64,000 nt of DNA from a virus (IMGVR_UViG_3300032290_001644:1-64000); one strand, 5' to 3'; shown: positions 38,363 through 48,209, counted from the first letter of the stretch. A program made the numbers and translations. The notes: generated from the sequence alone by a model not told the origin.

Positions 38363-38429
38363 AATATGATTATATATGAATTTGTATGTCTTAGTAAAAA
38401 TATTTTTTGAGCATCTTTTTAGGCCAGAT

Positions 38430-39095
38430 GAATTAAGGGGTAGTTTGGGGGTAATTAAGCCTCAAAAATAGTCAAAAACACACTCAAAAAGGACAAAAAA
38501 CACAACTTTTAAGGTACTTTTTAGCTAATTAAGGGGGGTAAAAAGGGTAATTAAAACGGCGTTTTTGCCAAATACCCACTACCCCCCCCATGCATTACAT
38601 ACCCCCCCTGCATACCTTCACATGTGTGTAATATATCCTAAAAAACCTTCTACAACTCCGATAAAACCGAATAATCTTCAAAATGAATAATAGTAATATA
38701 AATAATAAAAAACATGCAGAGGGGGGGGGTATTTTGAAAAGGTAAATAGAAATTATTTTTTTGTGTAGGTGGTATATAATAGGTAGTGAATTTTTTGTAT
38801 AGGGGGTAGGAGGTATTACCCCCCCCTGCAAGCCACCATCATGAAAAGATGAAAACACTTTACAATTTACATGAAATACCGATAAACACACACACCCAAG
38901 ACATATGCAAATTGAGTCTTAATATATGCAGGGGGGGGTAGTGGGTATCTGCTGGGGGGTATCTGATCCTAAAAATAGCGTTTTTAATTACCCTTTTTAC
39001 CCCCCCTAATTAGTCTTTTTTGCCTACTTTTGTTGTCAAAAGAGGTATGTTTTTGATCCTAATAGGGTAAATTTAGGCCTTAATCCCCCCTAAAA
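38430..39095. repeat. Repeat element B, at the divergent strand switch
   Basis: 38430-38830 is the reverse complement of A 6428-6835. Pairs at 38430 (GAATTA)/38452, 38526/38548 and 38985/39007; G6-G9 tracts. Confidence 0.95.
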
Positions 39096-39202
39096 TACCC
39101 CTATCATTTTTTTCGATCTGATAGAGTTTAAGCTATCTATGAATAGCGATACATGCTAAAATTTTTATATCACGGCAAAGCAAATCAACAATGAGGTGAT
39201 AT

Positions 39203-39736
39203 ATGACTCGAAAAAGAGGATTTATGAGAACGCCACCAACGGCAAGGAGCAATTCAGGTCTTCGTGCACAAAAACAAGGTAAAAGTGCTGAGGAGCAAAT
39301 TTTAGAGATAAGTGCTTTTTATCTCCAACATGGGATTGCAGAAGTGAATAAAAGACATGAGCCATATAAAAGGGTAGGATCAGGTAAAAACTGCTTTCAT
39401 GCTGTGTATAGCGACAAGGCTGGATGTGATTTTGAGATTTGGCTACCTAGTGGTAAAGGTGGGTACATAGAATGTAAATCAAGGGAAGGCATGAGGATCC
39501 AAAAGAGTGCGATTGATCCATACCAACAAGAGCAACTTGATCGACGGCTTGAGTGGGGACAAATAGCGGTGGTACTTATCAGACTTGACGGCGTTTGGTT
39601 TGCATGCTCATGGAAGAAATTTAGGGATTTTGAAAAGAAGTCTTTTACGGTAGCAGATCTTCTTCAAGTAGGTAAGCCAGTACCTATGCTTGCCAATTTA
39701 CTTCCAGATTTCATTAAAGTACTAGATCAAATTTGA
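39203..39736 (+). CDS. recU: RecU-like Holliday junction resolvase
   Basis: GKSAEEQI, EVNKRHEP, CDF...GYIECKS pattern. Confidence 0.75.
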   Translation: MTRKRGFMRTPPTARSNSGLRAQKQGKSAEEQILEISAFYLQHGIAEVNKRHEPYKRVGSGKNCFHAVYSDKAGCDFEIWLPSGKGGYIECKSREGMRIQKSAIDPYQQEQLDRRLEWGQIAVVLIRLDGVWFACSWKKFRDFEKKSFTVADLLQVGKPVPMLANLLPDFIKVLDQI

Positions 39737-39788
39737 TACTATATAAAGTCTTTGATATATCTATTTATCTTTTCATCAAAGGACCACC

Positions 39789-40883
39789 ATGAAAATCACT
39801 CTTGATATCACTAAACATATCTCAATTTTGAAATCGATTGTTTCACTTGCTAGTCAAATGACAGCTCCAGAGTATCTATCCTATATCTATGTAGAGTGTT
39901 CCAATAGAACACTCACTCTACAATCCACTAATCTAGAGGCAACAAAGTTTTGTACCATCACACTGGATCAAGAATACCCCGAATTTAAATCTTTGATCCA
40001 TCACCAAGCTTTGGCTCAAGTGCTGGCAATCTTTACCGGCAAGATTTCTATTGACTTTGTAAAGGGTATCATCTCTCAAGGATCAACCAAGATTCACTTT
40101 AAAACACTGGATCCTAATTCCTTCCCTGAAATCAAGGTGGGTACTAATAAAGCACCATCTGATACACCAGTTTGGGATGAGTCTGAAATTGCTGACCTAA
40201 AAAAATCGATTGATATCTGCTTACCTTGTGTAAGTACGGAAGTTTCCCGTATCCGTCTATGTACAATCAATCTCAAATCAAGCGGTGATAATCTGTTTAT
40301 GCAGGCAACCAACGGCCATGTTTTGGCTAAGATCCGACTGGTAAAGCCTCGCTATACTGATTTTGATTGCCTCATTCCTAGCTCATCCATCAAACACATA
40401 TCCAGCTTTCTAGCAACAACAGCCTTCCCCACGATCTTTTTAGATGCAGGCCATATCGTACTATCAGATATCACTCAAACCGTCGCCGTTCGTTTGATCC
40501 AAGAAGTCTTCCCCGATATCGATGCTATCATTCCTAAACCAAGTGAAGATGCAATTAATTTCACTATCACGGATGAGCTAAGACAAGCCGTAAGGCAGGT
40601 GCAAAAAGTGGCCTCTGACTCCGCTTGTCTTCTTCATATAGATCAAAATAATCGTTTCTTTGTTCATGGTAAAACCGCTACTGGTGAGCTTGTCTATGAG
40701 TGGAAGGATGATGAATATGATGAAGACAAAGAGCCTCACAAAGCCTTGTTCCAAACATCGTACCTATCCAACACGATCAATCATACAGATGTAGGCCAAC
40801 AGATGAGTGAGCATACCCCGCTCATGTGTAGATCAAATGATGACAAGGTCCTTCTTCTATCCATGGCACGGAGAACCTCTTAA
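39789..40883 (+). CDS. dnaN: DNA polymerase III beta-like sliding clamp
   Basis: 364 aa; LQSTNLE, DPNSFPEI, MQATNGHVLA, RLIQEVFPDIDAIIP, FQTSYL. Confidence 0.8.
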   Translation: MKITLDITKHISILKSIVSLASQMTAPEYLSYIYVECSNRTLTLQSTNLEATKFCTITLDQEYPEFKSLIHHQALAQVLAIFTGKISIDFVKGIISQGSTKIHFKTLDPNSFPEIKVGTNKAPSDTPVWDESEIADLKKSIDICLPCVSTEVSRIRLCTINLKSSGDNLFMQATNGHVLAKIRLVKPRYTDFDCLIPSSSIKHISSFLATTAFPTIFLDAGHIVLSDITQTVAVRLIQEVFPDIDAIIPKPSEDAINFTITDELRQAVRQVQKVASDSACLLHIDQNNRFFVHGKTATGELVYEWKDDEYDEDKEPHKALFQTSYLSNTINHTDVGQQMSEHTPLMCRSNDDKVLLLSMARRTS

Positions 40884-41732
40884 ATGGTCAAAGAAAAGCA
40901 TGTTTTAGGGATATCTGGGGGTAAAGATAGTGCTGGTCTTGCAGTCTATATGCGAACATATCATCCAGAAATTGATATCGAGTATTTTTTTACGGATACT
41001 GGCAAAGAGCTACCCGAGACCTATGATTTTCTAACTCGCTTGGAGGGGTATCTTCGTAAAAGAATCAATCGACTTGACTCTAAGAGGGATTTTGATTTTT
41101 GGCTAAGACAGCATGGGAATTATCTGCCAAGTGCCACAGATAGATGGTGTACTATCAAAATGAAACTCAAGCCTTTTGAAGACTGGGTACAAGCTTTCTT
41201 GGATGAAGGTTATACCGTATATTCATATGTGGCTATTCGTGCGGATGAAGAATTTAGAGAAGGGTATCAATCCAAAGACTCAAACCTAATTATTAAATTA
41301 CCGCTTAGGGAAAATGGGATTGATAAGCCTAGAGTCATGCAACTTTTGCATGACGCCGGCCTTGGTTTGCCAGAGTACTATGAGTGGCGAAGTCGAAGCG
41401 GTTGCACTTTTTGTTTCTTCCAACGCAAGATTGAATGGGTCGGATTACTAGAACGACATCCCGAAGCGTTTCAAGAGGCAATCGATTATGAAAAGAGTAG
41501 TATCAAAGATGGCTACTTCTTTACATGGTCAGAAAATGAAAGCTTGGAAGAGTTGGCAAAGCCTGAACGAGTAGCTCAAATCAAGGCTGAATATGAGAAA
41601 CGAAAACAACAATACCAAGAGAGACAAGCAAAGAGACGGAGAAGTAACTTGTTGCAAGGTGCTAATGCTTGCTCAATTGATACTGATGATGTTTATGGAT
41701 CCGCTAAAGTTTGTCTTGCTTGCCATAAATAA
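40884..41732 (+). CDS. PAPS-reductase-family (PP-loop, Fe-S) protein, SspD/BrxP-like
   Basis: HVLGISGGKDS, FTDTGKELPE, RWCT, RSRSGCTFCFFQ, C-terminal CLACHK. Confidence 0.8.
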   Translation: MVKEKHVLGISGGKDSAGLAVYMRTYHPEIDIEYFFTDTGKELPETYDFLTRLEGYLRKRINRLDSKRDFDFWLRQHGNYLPSATDRWCTIKMKLKPFEDWVQAFLDEGYTVYSYVAIRADEEFREGYQSKDSNLIIKLPLRENGIDKPRVMQLLHDAGLGLPEYYEWRSRSGCTFCFFQRKIEWVGLLERHPEAFQEAIDYEKSSIKDGYFFTWSENESLEELAKPERVAQIKAEYEKRKQQYQERQAKRRRSNLLQGANACSIDTDDVYGSAKVCLACHK

Positions 41733-41812
41733 TTCTGCTGTTAACCAGGTTAACTACACAAATCTGCTGTTACCGCTGGAAACTACACAATATAAATAAT
41801 TAGGACACCTAT

Positions 41813-42301
41813 ATGCACCAGATCATAGACACATATGCGTACAATCAGAGCATGATTTATAACCGACGGATTTTCCTTGCTAGTAGTGTACATGTACCAG
41901 CTCGGTACGATTGGCAATCAAGCGTAATCTCTTTTTTAAAAAATCATGTTTTTACGGATAGCTATTGCACGATCGTGCATCTCCAACATGGTACGATGGA
42001 TGATACGGAAAAAATAAAATTGTACTATCAGTATCAAGCAAAGAGTACCTATACCGTCGTCTATTTTGATCAACATGCGGATGCATCCATCTATATGCTT
42101 GAGCTGGGTATGTACCTTCATTCAAAACAAGTCATTGTCATTTGTCATAAAGATTTTATTGCTAGGCTTACACTAGAGCAAATGTGTGTATGGTGGGGTA
42201 TCCATCTGATGATCCATGATCCAGATACATGCACCTTGGATACGGAGCTACTACAAAACCAACATTTCTTCAAGGATACCTCTAAATGGAAAGTGATTTA
42301 A
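41813..42301 (+). CDS. Nucleoside 2-deoxyribosyltransferase-like protein
   Basis: IFLASS...DWQ...SIYMLELG...VIVIC pattern. Confidence 0.6.
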   Translation: MHQIIDTYAYNQSMIYNRRIFLASSVHVPARYDWQSSVISFLKNHVFTDSYCTIVHLQHGTMDDTEKIKLYYQYQAKSTYTVVYFDQHADASIYMLELGMYLHSKQVIVICHKDFIARLTLEQMCVWWGIHLMIHDPDTCTLDTELLQNQHFFKDTSKWKVI

Positions 42302-42515
42302 ACTATTGATTTAATTGAACAATTTTAGATTACCTTTTTGAAAAAGGTTTTAATTTCTGCTAAGACCAACGGACCTAGCACGGTTTCAAATGTTACTCTA
42401 AGTAACATTTACTTTCTGCTAGTGACGACGCCACTATCACTATTTTAAAAATTCATCATCCCGAATGTGTTTTAGCTATATTTAAAAACCCTTCAACACA
42501 ATCAGGATAAATGAA

Positions 42516-45335
42516 ATGCAATTTTCCGATCATGCTCTATCACTTTTGAGGAGCTACTACCTATTACCATACGAAAAAGAAATTGATGAGGCCTTTGAGC
42601 GAGCAAGCAAGGCTTATTGTGCTGGTGATTATGATCTAGCTAGTCGTATCTACAACTATGTAAAAAAGGGGTGGTTTATGTTCTCATCCCCTATTTTATC
42701 CAATTCCAGGATCAAGGATGATGAGAAGAAAAAGGCTGGCTTACCAATCTCTTGCTACCTGACCTATGTCAATGATGATCTTGATGGTCTCATATCCCAT
42801 ACAACTGAAAATCGTTGGCTTGGAGTACTAGGTGGCGGTGTAGGTGGTTACTGGGGACATGTGAGAGCGGTATCTCAAAAAGCACCTGGTCCTATTCCCT
42901 TTATCAAGACCATTGATAGTGATGTAGAGGCTTACCGCCAAGGGAAGACACGACGAGCAAGCTATGCAGCATACCTTGATATTAGTCATCCAGATATCAT
43001 TGAATTTCTCAATCTACGATTACCCACTGGGGGGGATACCAATCGCAAGGCCTTTAATTTGCACAATGCAATTTGCCTAAGTGATGAATTTATGCAAGCG
43101 GTGGTGGATAATAAAGCATGGGATTTGATTGATCCACACACACACGAGACAAGAGAGACGGTACAAGCAAGAGAGCTTTGGCAACGAATTTTAGAAGTAC
43201 GATTTAGAACGGGTGAGCCTTATCTCATGTTCAAGGATACCGCTAATAGAGCCTTACCCCAAAGCCTAAAGGATAAAGGCCTAAAAATTCATAGCTCAAA
43301 TCTTTGTCTTGCTGGTAGTGAACGAGTAATCACAAATCGAGGATATTTAACCGCCAAAGAGTTATATGAGCAAGGGGGGGAGCTTGAGATTTTTGATGGT
43401 GTACACAAGCAAAAAGCCACTGAGATGAGATTGGTTGAGAAGGATGTACCCACATATAAAATCACTCTTAAGAACGGTTTATCACATACCATAACAAGTT
43501 ATCACCGAGTACGAACGGATAATGGATTGACCGCTTGTGAAGATTTAAAGGTTGGGGATAGAGTACATATCCAGAGCAATAAAGGTCTTTTTGGTACAAC
43601 CAGCATGGAGGATGAGGCCTTCCTACTAGGTTTATATCAAGCAGATGGTACCCAATACAAAGATACGATCATGCTGGATCTATGGGAAGATGATTTTGAT
43701 CTGATCGAGGAAATTGAAGAACGCTTTGCAAGAGTACATCACAAGTATGGATGCGATACATATGAGATAAAAAATTCTCATGGTGTCATTACAAGAGGTA
43801 GAGAGCCTGCAAAATTCAATGATTGTATTGTAAATCAAAGTACTGTTGCCAAAAAGCGATTAGCCTCTAAAACACTAAAGAAGTCTCTTGATTTCACAAA
43901 AGGACAAATTCCTTATTGGATTTGGGAATCAGATGAAGCTACCCAGTGGCAATATGTCAGAGGTTTATTCTATGCTGATGGTTGTGTATCTTTAGCCTCC
44001 TCTAAAGGTGAGCCAATTTATCTTAGTATCGCTAATGTAAATAAAGATTTTCTAAATGAATTACATTTACTTTTAAGAAATTTAGGTTTGCCTTTTGCTC
44101 TTCACCTACAAAGAGAAGCAGGTTTCTCAAGCCTACCAGATGGTAAAGGCGGATACAAAGATTACCCAACACAAACATGTTATCGCTTAGTATGTGGATC
44201 TAAAAACGCTTGTTTACGCTTAGAAGAAAAAACTGGCTTTCTTACTAGACGAGGCGTAGATCTTGAAAAAAGACCTTGGCGTGATAATACTCGTAAAGTG
44301 TCTGAAGTGGTATCCGTGGAGTATATTTGCCACCAAGATGTATACTGCCTAACCGTAGATTCTGAAAGTCATTTGTTTGTAGCGAATGGTGTTATTACAC
44401 ATAACTGTTCCGAAATTTTCTTGCCAACGGCTAAAGATAGATCTGCCGTATGTTGCCTCTCTAGTCTCAATCTTGAATATTTTGATGAGTGGAAAAATAC
44501 CCCTATTGTTGAGGATTGCATTACTTTCCTAGACAATGTACTTCAATATTTTATTGATCATGCTCCCCCCCAACTGGCGAATGCAATCCATGGAGCAAGA
44601 CAAGAACGATCATTAGGTCTTGGTGCTATGGGATTTCATTCATACCTACAACGCAAGAAGGTTGCCTTTGAGTCTATTGTGGCAAAAAGCTTTAATAAAA
44701 AAATCTTTAAACTGATCAATGAACGAGCAGTTTTACAATCTCAAAAATTAGCTACCGAGCGTGGTGAATATCCTGATGGCTTAGGCACTGGTAGACGCAA
44801 TGCTCATCTCTTAGCGATTGCTCCCAACTCAAACTCTTCAATCATTTTGGATACTTCCCCCAGCATTGAGCCTTGGGTTGCCAATGCCTTCACACATAGG
44901 ACCAGAGCGGGTACTTTCCTTACTAAGAATAGGTATCTTGATGATTTGTTAAGGAGCAAAGGCTTGAGTGAGTCTGAATATGAAGAGGTTTGGCAATCAA
45001 TCATCATCCATGAAGGATCAGTGCAACATCTTGATTTACTGACAGAGCATGAGCGAAAAATCTTTAAGACGGCGTATGAAATCGATCAACGCTGGGTAAT
45101 CTTACATGCAGGGGAACGCCAACCGTTTATTTGCCAAGGTCAATCAACAAATCTCTTCTTCCCTTCAGGTAGTGATAAATCCTATGTCAATGCTTGCCAC
45201 CTTCAAGCTTGGAAGGATGGCTTAAAGTCAGTGTACTATCTTCGTACTACTGCTGGTACACAAGCGGAAAAAATCTCTAAACCAATCGTCAAGGAAGTCG
45301 TAAAACTTGATGAATGTATCGCATGTCAAGGATGA
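42516..45335 (+). CDS. nrdA: Class Ia ribonucleotide reductase alpha subunit, no ATP cone, with intein
   Basis: SSPILSN, PISC, GGVG, SNL-C-SEI, GLGAMG, AIAPNSNSS, QGQSTN, KSVYYLR, C-terminal CIAC. Confidence 0.95.
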   Translation: MQFSDHALSLLRSYYLLPYEKEIDEAFERASKAYCAGDYDLASRIYNYVKKGWFMFSSPILSNSRIKDDEKKKAGLPISCYLTYVNDDLDGLISHTTENRWLGVLGGGVGGYWGHVRAVSQKAPGPIPFIKTIDSDVEAYRQGKTRRASYAAYLDISHPDIIEFLNLRLPTGGDTNRKAFNLHNAICLSDEFMQAVVDNKAWDLIDPHTHETRETVQARELWQRILEVRFRTGEPYLMFKDTANRALPQSLKDKGLKIHSSNLCLAGSERVITNRGYLTAKELYEQGGELEIFDGVHKQKATEMRLVEKDVPTYKITLKNGLSHTITSYHRVRTDNGLTACEDLKVGDRVHIQSNKGLFGTTSMEDEAFLLGLYQADGTQYKDTIMLDLWEDDFDLIEEIEERFARVHHKYGCDTYEIKNSHGVITRGREPAKFNDCIVNQSTVAKKRLASKTLKKSLDFTKGQIPYWIWESDEATQWQYVRGLFYADGCVSLASSKGEPIYLSIANVNKDFLNELHLLLRNLGLPFALHLQREAGFSSLPDGKGGYKDYPTQTCYRLVCGSKNACLRLEEKTGFLTRRGVDLEKRPWRDNTRKVSEVVSVEYICHQDVYCLTVDSESHLFVANGVITHNCSEIFLPTAKDRSAVCCLSSLNLEYFDEWKNTPIVEDCITFLDNVLQYFIDHAPPQLANAIHGARQERSLGLGAMGFHSYLQRKKVAFESIVAKSFNKKIFKLINERAVLQSQKLATERGEYPDGLGTGRRNAHLLAIAPNSNSSIILDTSPSIEPWVANAFTHRTRAGTFLTKNRYLDDLLRSKGLSESEYEEVWQSIIIHEGSVQHLDLLTEHERKIFKTAYEIDQRWVILHAGERQPFICQGQSTNLFFPSGSDKSYVNACHLQAWKDGLKSVYYLRTTAGTQAEKISKPIVKEVVKLDECIACQG
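43305..44405 (+). mobile_element. Intein (367 aa) with LAGLIDADG homing endonuclease
   Basis: Starts CLAGSERV, ends VITHN, followed by Cys; blocks FLLGLYQADG and YVRGLFYADG. Confidence 0.95.
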
Positions 45336-45339
45336 GCAA

Positions 45340-46287
45340 ATGAGCAATTTATTAAAAGAGAGCAAAACCTATAAACCATTTCATTACCCTTGGGCTATGC
45401 AATATGCTGAAAGTCATGAGAAGATGCACTGGGGGACATGGGAAGCCAAATTGCAAGAAGATCTAAAGCAATGGAAGAGCAACGCTTTATCAGAGATTGA
45501 GAAACGATTTATCACTCAAATTCTTAGGATTTTTACCCAATCAGATGTTGCGGTGGCGGATAACTACATTGACCAATTCTTACCCGTATTCAAGAACAAT
45601 GAAATTCGCAACATGTTGTTATCCTTTGCCAATAGAGAAGGTACTCATCAACGAGCCTACGCTTTACTAAATGACACCTTGGGGTTGGATGAAAGTGAAT
45701 ATGCATATTTCCTAAGCCATAAGCCAATGCTTGATAAAATTCACAATATGCAATCGATCGATCCTAGTGATAGTACTCAAACCGCTTATGCTCTAGCTCA
45801 AGCGGTTTGCAATGAAGGCATGAGTTTATTCTCAGCCTTTGTCATGCTCCTACACTTCCAACAACATGGCAAGATGAGAGGCATGTGCGAGGTTGTAGAA
45901 TGGTCCATTAAAGATGAGTCTCTTCATGTGCAAGCCATGACAAAGCTGTACCAAACTTATGTAGAAGAGATGAGCCTACAAGTAGATGAGAGTCAAGTAC
46001 AAGCTCTCTTTAGTCAAGCCGTAAACTTAGAGGATCAAGTCATCGATCTGATCTTTGGGGATGCTCTTGCAATTGAAAATTTAACTAAGGTTGAGGTTAA
46101 GACTTTTATTAGGTATCTTGCTGATCGTAGGCTCATGCAGCTTGATTGCCAGCCTATTTACCAGATCGATAAAAATCCTCTGCCATGGCTTGACTGGATC
46201 GTGAACGGCGTATCATTCAAGAATTTTTTTGAAGGTGTAGTCACTGATTATAGTGCCAGCGGTATGAGTGGAGACTGGGGATGGTAG
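45340..46287 (+). CDS. nrdB: Ribonucleotide reductase beta subunit (likely start MSNLL)
   Basis: FTQSD, EGTHQRAY, NEG, DESLH, NFFE. Confidence 0.95.
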   Translation: MSNLLKESKTYKPFHYPWAMQYAESHEKMHWGTWEAKLQEDLKQWKSNALSEIEKRFITQILRIFTQSDVAVADNYIDQFLPVFKNNEIRNMLLSFANREGTHQRAYALLNDTLGLDESEYAYFLSHKPMLDKIHNMQSIDPSDSTQTAYALAQAVCNEGMSLFSAFVMLLHFQQHGKMRGMCEVVEWSIKDESLHVQAMTKLYQTYVEEMSLQVDESQVQALFSQAVNLEDQVIDLIFGDALAIENLTKVEVKTFIRYLADRRLMQLDCQPIYQIDKNPLPWLDWIVNGVSFKNFFEGVVTDYSASGMSGDWGW

Positions 46288-46406
46288 TCAATCGGGTACG
46301 GTAAAAAAATCGTAGATTAATAAAATATAAAAAAACATATATACAAATTTAATTTTTCATGATACGAATATTTTAAAGCATCCAACAACTCAACAAGGAA
46401 AAAATC

Positions 46407-46982
46407 ATGGTTGCATTCAAGCCATATCTAGAGAGTGTAAAAACACTTATCCAAAACAAAATCGACGAAACACGCAAATTGATCCACAAAGCACGATTTA
46501 TGTCTTACTCTGAAATCCAATCCGAGGCTGAAATCGGTTTTGCCGTTCTTCCTGATCTAGAAAATGATCTTACCCAGCTCATGTCTATCAGTGCATCACC
46601 TAAGTGTATTTATAACGCTACCCCCCATCCTATCCATTTCATGGGGACACAAGATAAAGTGTTGTATACAATCAAGCCTTGCGGTTTAATCACACGAATT
46701 GCAACACCAAGCACAACAAATTTAACTTGGGATTTCGTTGTCGCTCCCGTTGATCTAGACGGTTTATATATCCCAATCATCAAAGCTTGTATCACTGAAA
46801 AGGCAAGTAGTGATACTTTCATTGATCTACCATCTTTTGAAGACGGCGTATACTATATCGTATCTGCTCCAGTTTTCCTTGCTCTACCTCATCGATCTGA
46901 TCTTTTACAAGTGGATCCAGTACGAAACGAGGCTGGCCAAACAATCGGTGCTAAAGGCTTTTTCAGTCATTCAAGCAAGTGA
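46407..46982 (+). CDS. Conserved phage protein (NxTPH...YIVS...R.DL family)
   Basis: YNATPHPI, GVYYIVSAPV and VRNEAGQTIG resemble a common phage family of unknown function. Confidence 0.5.
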   Translation: MVAFKPYLESVKTLIQNKIDETRKLIHKARFMSYSEIQSEAEIGFAVLPDLENDLTQLMSISASPKCIYNATPHPIHFMGTQDKVLYTIKPCGLITRIATPSTTNLTWDFVVAPVDLDGLYIPIIKACITEKASSDTFIDLPSFEDGVYYIVSAPVFLALPHRSDLLQVDPVRNEAGQTIGAKGFFSHSSK

Positions 46983-47112
46983 TATTCATACTTTATTTAT
47001 TGTATTTATTTTATTATATGTATATATAGTCGAGAAATCAGCTTGACACTGACAAATCTGAATGTTTTGATTTGAAAAATCCGCTTGACACCTATCACTA
47101 AAAAGAGAAATT

Positions 47113-47682
47113 ATGTCCTCAGTACACAAGTATTTGGTTGAGCAAACTGCCACCACGAACATGGTAAAAAAATTGCAATTCACTGAAATTTGCACTTCCC
47201 TTCACCAAACACCTCAAATTTTACGGCCACTCTATGATGAAAATCTAGAGGGGGTACTTTTACAACCTGATGGATCCGTGAAAGCTTTATATGAATGGTC
47301 TTCCCCAATCAAGGGACCAGAGCAAGCAAGGGATAATATCATTCACGCACTTCCCGATGTTGCTATATATGCACCGCTTATTCCATCACTAGATAGTATC
47401 ACTAGAGAGATTTGGTACTGGCAAACTCAATTCGATGGTCGAGCCTCTATCTCTGGGGTACTCAATCACTTAAAGAACGAAATCAAGGAATTTGAAGAGA
47501 CTGAACAAGGGAGCGAGGCACAAGAGAAAGAGTTTGCTGATCTTTATATTTTGCTCATGCATCTTGCAGCTCTTTCAAATATCGATATTAAATCAGCAAT
47601 CACTGCAAAACTTGATCAAGTCAAGAAGAGAGACTACTCTGCACAGCCAGATGAACAAGGTTGTATCACTCATAAAAAATAA
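47113..47682 (+). CDS. DUF550-like (MazG-fold) dNTP pyrophosphohydrolase with N-terminal extension
   Basis: GVLNHLKNEIKE...EFADLYIL...AITAKLDQVKKRDY...CITH. Confidence 0.7.
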   Translation: MSSVHKYLVEQTATTNMVKKLQFTEICTSLHQTPQILRPLYDENLEGVLLQPDGSVKALYEWSSPIKGPEQARDNIIHALPDVAIYAPLIPSLDSITREIWYWQTQFDGRASISGVLNHLKNEIKEFEETEQGSEAQEKEFADLYILLMHLAALSNIDIKSAITAKLDQVKKRDYSAQPDEQGCITHKK

Positions 47683-47732
47683 AAATAAAAATTGTCTCTT
47701 CGTGTGTTTATAGGCACCTCACACACACAGGA

Positions 47733-48209
47733 TTGACCATGAGTGAAAAAGAATTTCTAGATGAATTGAAAGAATTTATCGATCAAGGCGAGCAACCAGA
47801 TGCATATATGGATCAAGAGTCTTTTCATAAAGAGCTTGATTATGCGTTTAGTTTGATTGAGCGTACCGAGCAAAACCGTATGTGGTACAAGACTTTTGCC
47901 GTGGCAATGCTCCTCACTAGTATGATTGTACCATCTACATACCAAATCCAATTTTCCATGACTTTTGGCCTTCTCACACTACTTGGTCTTGAGTGTCATG
48001 CAAAGGTGAGACTCGATAGGCTACACTGGCTCTATGACACAACCGTGGTAAAACGAATGACGGATGATACCTCTGGAAAATACAACCTCAATTTAAGCCA
48101 AGTTAGTTATTTTGAATTTTCTTGGTTTCCCCTTTTTGATTTTGATAGCATTCCCTTCTTTCTGCTCATTTGGGCAACCTACTTTTTATCTTCAGGAGTA
48201 CTAGCATGA
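47733..48209 (+). CDS. Multi-TM membrane protein
   Basis: Three hydrophobic segments; RL..LYD pattern after the second. Confidence 0.55.
   Translation: MTMSEKEFLDELKEFIDQGEQPDAYMDQESFHKELDYAFSLIERTEQNRMWYKTFAVAMLLTSMIVPSTYQIQFSMTFGLLTLLGLECHAKVRLDRLHWLYDTTVVKRMTDDTSGKYNLNLSQVSYFEFSWFPLFDFDSIPFFLLIWATYFLSSGVLA

Noticed and set aside
47113-47682. 2-aminoadenine (Z) genome
   Set aside because: DUF550 alone is insufficient; no PurZ or DatZ is recognisable in the window.
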